From assembly GCF_018977255.1 (NCBI RefSeq), contig NW_024704761.1, positions 2,170,001-2,234,000 of the forward strand: a stretch of DNA of 64,000 nucleotides. Reading direction: 5' to 3'. Of the stretch, positions 60,931 through 64,000 are shown one piece after another. The stretch's first letter is position 1. Every line of letters starts with the position of its first letter. The DNA comes from Callorhinchus milii. Its lineage: Eukaryota. Below the pieces are notes generated by a model that worked only from the letters and a program-made list of their open reading frames with translations, made no database searches and was not told where the DNA came from. Position numbers and translations under genes: made by a program.

Positions 60931-63184
60931 ATGGCGGCGCTCGTGGCCTCTCTTGGGTCGCTGCAGCTCCCGGCGCGGCTCGGTGGGTGTCGGCCGCGGT
61001 GCCATTCCGCGCCCGGTTAGCGTCTCAGCTGCCGGGGATTGCTCCTGCGGCCGCTCGTCTCAGTCGGTCACACTTCAGCGCCTTGGGACGCCCCCCTCCC
61101 CCCCCCGACGTGAAAGGCGCTCTGTAAATGGAATCTCGTTGTTGCTGTTGTTGTTGTTGCTGTTCTCCCCTCAAGGGGTTCAAGCCCCCGCCTCCGGACC
61201 CGGAGCTCACGGTCTGGCCGGCGGTGCCGGTACTTCGGATCAGGCGTTTAATCCGAGGTCCCGCTCGGGCGGGCGTTAAAGATCCCGCGGCAGCGACCGA
61301 ACAGAGGAGGGAGTTCCCCCCCCAGTGTCCCGGCCAACAATCCCCCAAACGTGATCGGCCGCTCGCGCCGATTGGCTGTTTGGTGGGACACTGTGACGCT
61401 GCGGGAATGTGAGGGCTCACAGTTACTACAACAAAAACAAGAACTGTGAAGTGCTTTGCGATGGCTCCGGACGTGAAAGGCGCTGTATCAGATGTGAGGG
61501 TTATTGTTCTCTTGATTTTTCTACCTGGTTTGGGCCACAATCCCTCTTCCTGACTTCATCTCATTTTCAAATCAGTATTTTTGCACATCCGCGCGTCCCT
61601 GATTTTGTTTGAAGTTCTGGCTGCTTAAGAAATGTTTTCAGTCACTCAGTCACTGACATAATAGTAACGTTCTCTGTCCTTCTATTGTGTCCCGAGGATT
61701 CCTAACTTCTCTGGAGCCTTGGCTTGTTTCCCTGAGATGCGCATCCAAAAAGTCATCAGGCGCTTCCAAAAATCGAGGTGGGAACAGTCCTGGTAAACGT
61801 TATGGATGGAAGAAATTAGATGGTAATTAAGCTTTAAATGTTTATCTTTTTGTTGGGAACCGATTTGAGAGTTCAAAATGAATTAAGAAGCGATTGCACT
61901 TGAGGTGAAAGGACATTCCTCCGGAATGTCACTGATTTTGAAGGGGGGACTGAATGAATCGTCTAATATTCCAGAGCAATTCTTGCTGAACATGCATCAA
62001 GCGCTGTGAGAGCATCGCTGCACAGACACTCTGGAGCAGTAAATAATGTTTTGATTTTGTTCCTCCAGGTGATTTTGTTCACACAGGAAATATTCTGGCA
62101 ACGCAGCGCCTCATTCGCTGGCATCCAGGAGCCAACGTAAGTTATTGCTGTCCGGCCTAATGTGGCACAAGGGAAGAAACCAGTCGGATCCCTTAAGACT
62201 TGTTTTGCACAAAGGAATTACTTTCTCTGGGCTAAGACTATCCTAATGTAACGGCTCCAGCAAGCCTTCATCCTTCAGTGTGTGCTGGAATAGAAGCCAG
62301 TGGCAGGGGTGACCAGGCAGGGTGCTGTTAATGTGCCAAAGGGGAATCCGCTCATGTGTTAATGACCCACCCACTTTCTCTATTATGCGTTTACAGTTCT
62401 CTGGCAGCTCGTAGTATTTGTTTGGCTGCGGGATACTCAGTTGAGGAGAGCTTGTTGACGGTTCACTTTGAGATTGTGGTACGGTTAATACTTCCTCGGT
62501 TAGGGCTGCAACGTGAATATAATCCAATGAAGGAGTGAAGCTATCTGCTATCTGTGTGTTGTTACAGTATTAAACTATTAGCCACTAGAGGGTGATGCCG
62601 CACTGAGGCCGTGAATTTTCACACCGATTTGGATCTGGATGAAATATGAACCTTTTTTTTAAACCACCACAAAGATACAGCAATGTGCCTGTTCCCAGGG
62701 TTAGAGAAGCGGCATTTAGCCAGTTGTCACTCCTGATCACTGGCCCGGGACCCTATCTGGAAGGTGGATGTGCCCAGTGTGTGCATCGAGTGGTGGGGGG
62801 GTGGGGGATGGATTGTGCTTGGCTGCGAGACACTGATTCAAAGCTGACACATGAACAGTGGGCATCTGGTAAAGCTGGAGGGACATCCATAGAACACGTC
62901 CCAGTGAGGACCACAGGGAGTTGAACTCCTTCAGGGAGGAGAGGAAAGTGACTGGAAGTTCTATGATTTTCCCACAGGTCGGAATGGGTCGGAGGAAGAC
63001 ACTGTTTGCTCTTGAAGACGGTGTTGTCCGTTACACGAAGGAAGTGTACGTCCCTCCCCCCCGCAGCCTGGAGGCCGCTCGGGTGGTCTGCCGCCTGCCC
63101 AGGGGGGCCGTGCTGTACAAGACTTGCATCAACGTGGTTCCCGAGAAACAGGAGGGTCGCTTCAAACTGGTGGACATGCTCTGA
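60931..63184 (+). CDS. MRPL27: Mitochondrial ribosomal protein bL27m; exons 60931-60982 (alternative donor 61015), 61697-61822, 62069-62136, 62978-63184; about 150 aa
   Basis: [44 protein letters not shown]|[24 protein letters not shown] (L27 signature). Confidence 0.94.
61175..61505 (+). mobile_element. Old Deu-type SINE remnant in MRPL27 intron 1, CpG-rich
   Basis: GGGTTCAAGCCC...GTTAAAGATCCC...GTGTCCCGGCCAA...GACGTGAAAGGCGCT tail. Confidence 0.55.
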
Positions 63185-63569
63185 GCCTCGGCAGCAGGTT
63201 CATTCTGTGACAACAGATTGATGGGAACGTTGCAGGACGTGAATACTCAGAATGCCCAGAGGGCTCTCAGTGGGGAACAGAAGCTCTGTCTGTCTCTGAG
63301 ATCACAGGAATTCCGTGCCCCGAAGACTCCATCAGACAACCTACAGCGAACTCCTGATAACTCAACACTGACTTAACCTGTCACTACCATTTGAGTCAAT
63401 CTTTCAATATCCCGGCTGGGTTTATTTATGTATTTATACATGCGCCTAACTCACTACTCTGGATAACTGGTCGCTGAGCCTTTTTCCTCTTTGGAATGAT
63501 GAGTTATTAGGAGTTTACTGTACATTACAAACACCTTTCTCGGGATGTTGCAGTTTTCTTGAATGGTCT

Positions 63570-63575
63570 ATTAAA
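63570..63575 (+). terminator. Possible MRPL27 polyadenylation signal ATTAAA
   Basis: About 390 nt after the stop, followed by T-rich sequence. Confidence 0.45.
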
Positions 63576-63689
63576 ATCTTCTGAGTATTTGATATTTTTC
63601 CTATATAAAACCTAAAAAAAAAAGCTATTTATAAAACCTGGGATTCTGTTTGCTTTGTAAACGGGTTAAATCTGAAAAATCTGAAACTA

Positions 63690-63960
63690 GGGATGTGCTC
63701 CACGTTCCCTGCCCCGCCCCACCATCAGGCATCGAGCCCTCAGCTTTTCTATCCCCTCTCTGGAACACCATCCCCAAATCCCTCCTTCAATGCCCGTCTC
63801 AAAACCTTCCTCTTTAACCGTGCCTTCGGCCACATCCCACACCTCTTATCCTCCAACCCTCTTGATTCCAACCCCCAGCAAGGGCGTAAACCATTAGCTG
63901 ACCAATGTCTTGGGATGTCCTTCCGACGTGAAAGGTGCTGCACAAATGTAATTTGTTATT
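63690..63960 (+). mobile_element. L2-type LINE 3' end fragment
   Basis: Translation ..LKTFLFNRAFG followed by tail GGGATGTCCTTCCGACGTGAAAGG; similar pieces near 3758-3910, 4720-4860, 25085-25260 and 59630-59900. Confidence 0.7.
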
Positions 63961-64000
63961 TTTGAAATTATATAATAGGCACATTTACATTAAAATCACC

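Overview
This is vertebrate genomic DNA, most likely from a holocephalan cartilaginous fish such as Callorhinchus (inferred from the tRNA-SINE/L2/CR1 repeat content and protein divergence). It holds seven intron-containing genes in the same order as the human 17q21.33 cluster: MYCBPAP (-, exons 1-8, running off the left edge), RSAD1 (-), ACSF2 (-, 16 exons) with CHAD (+) nested antisense in its intron 10, LRRC59 (+), EME1 (-) and MRPL27 (+). I derived exon boundaries by hand from GT-AG sites and checked reading phase; all are consistent except RSAD1 exon 1, which has a 1-nt shift at a homopolymer. Non-coding highlights are a 1.7-kb TG...CA element with 5-bp target-site duplication, internal 26-bp array and decayed coiled-coil ORF; promoter-proximal minisatellites at three CpG-island genes; a 47-bp long-range inverted repeat in ACSF2 intron 1; and young inverted SINE pairs around ACSF2 exons. 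There are three N gaps. No CRISPR array, rRNA or true tRNA gene was found.
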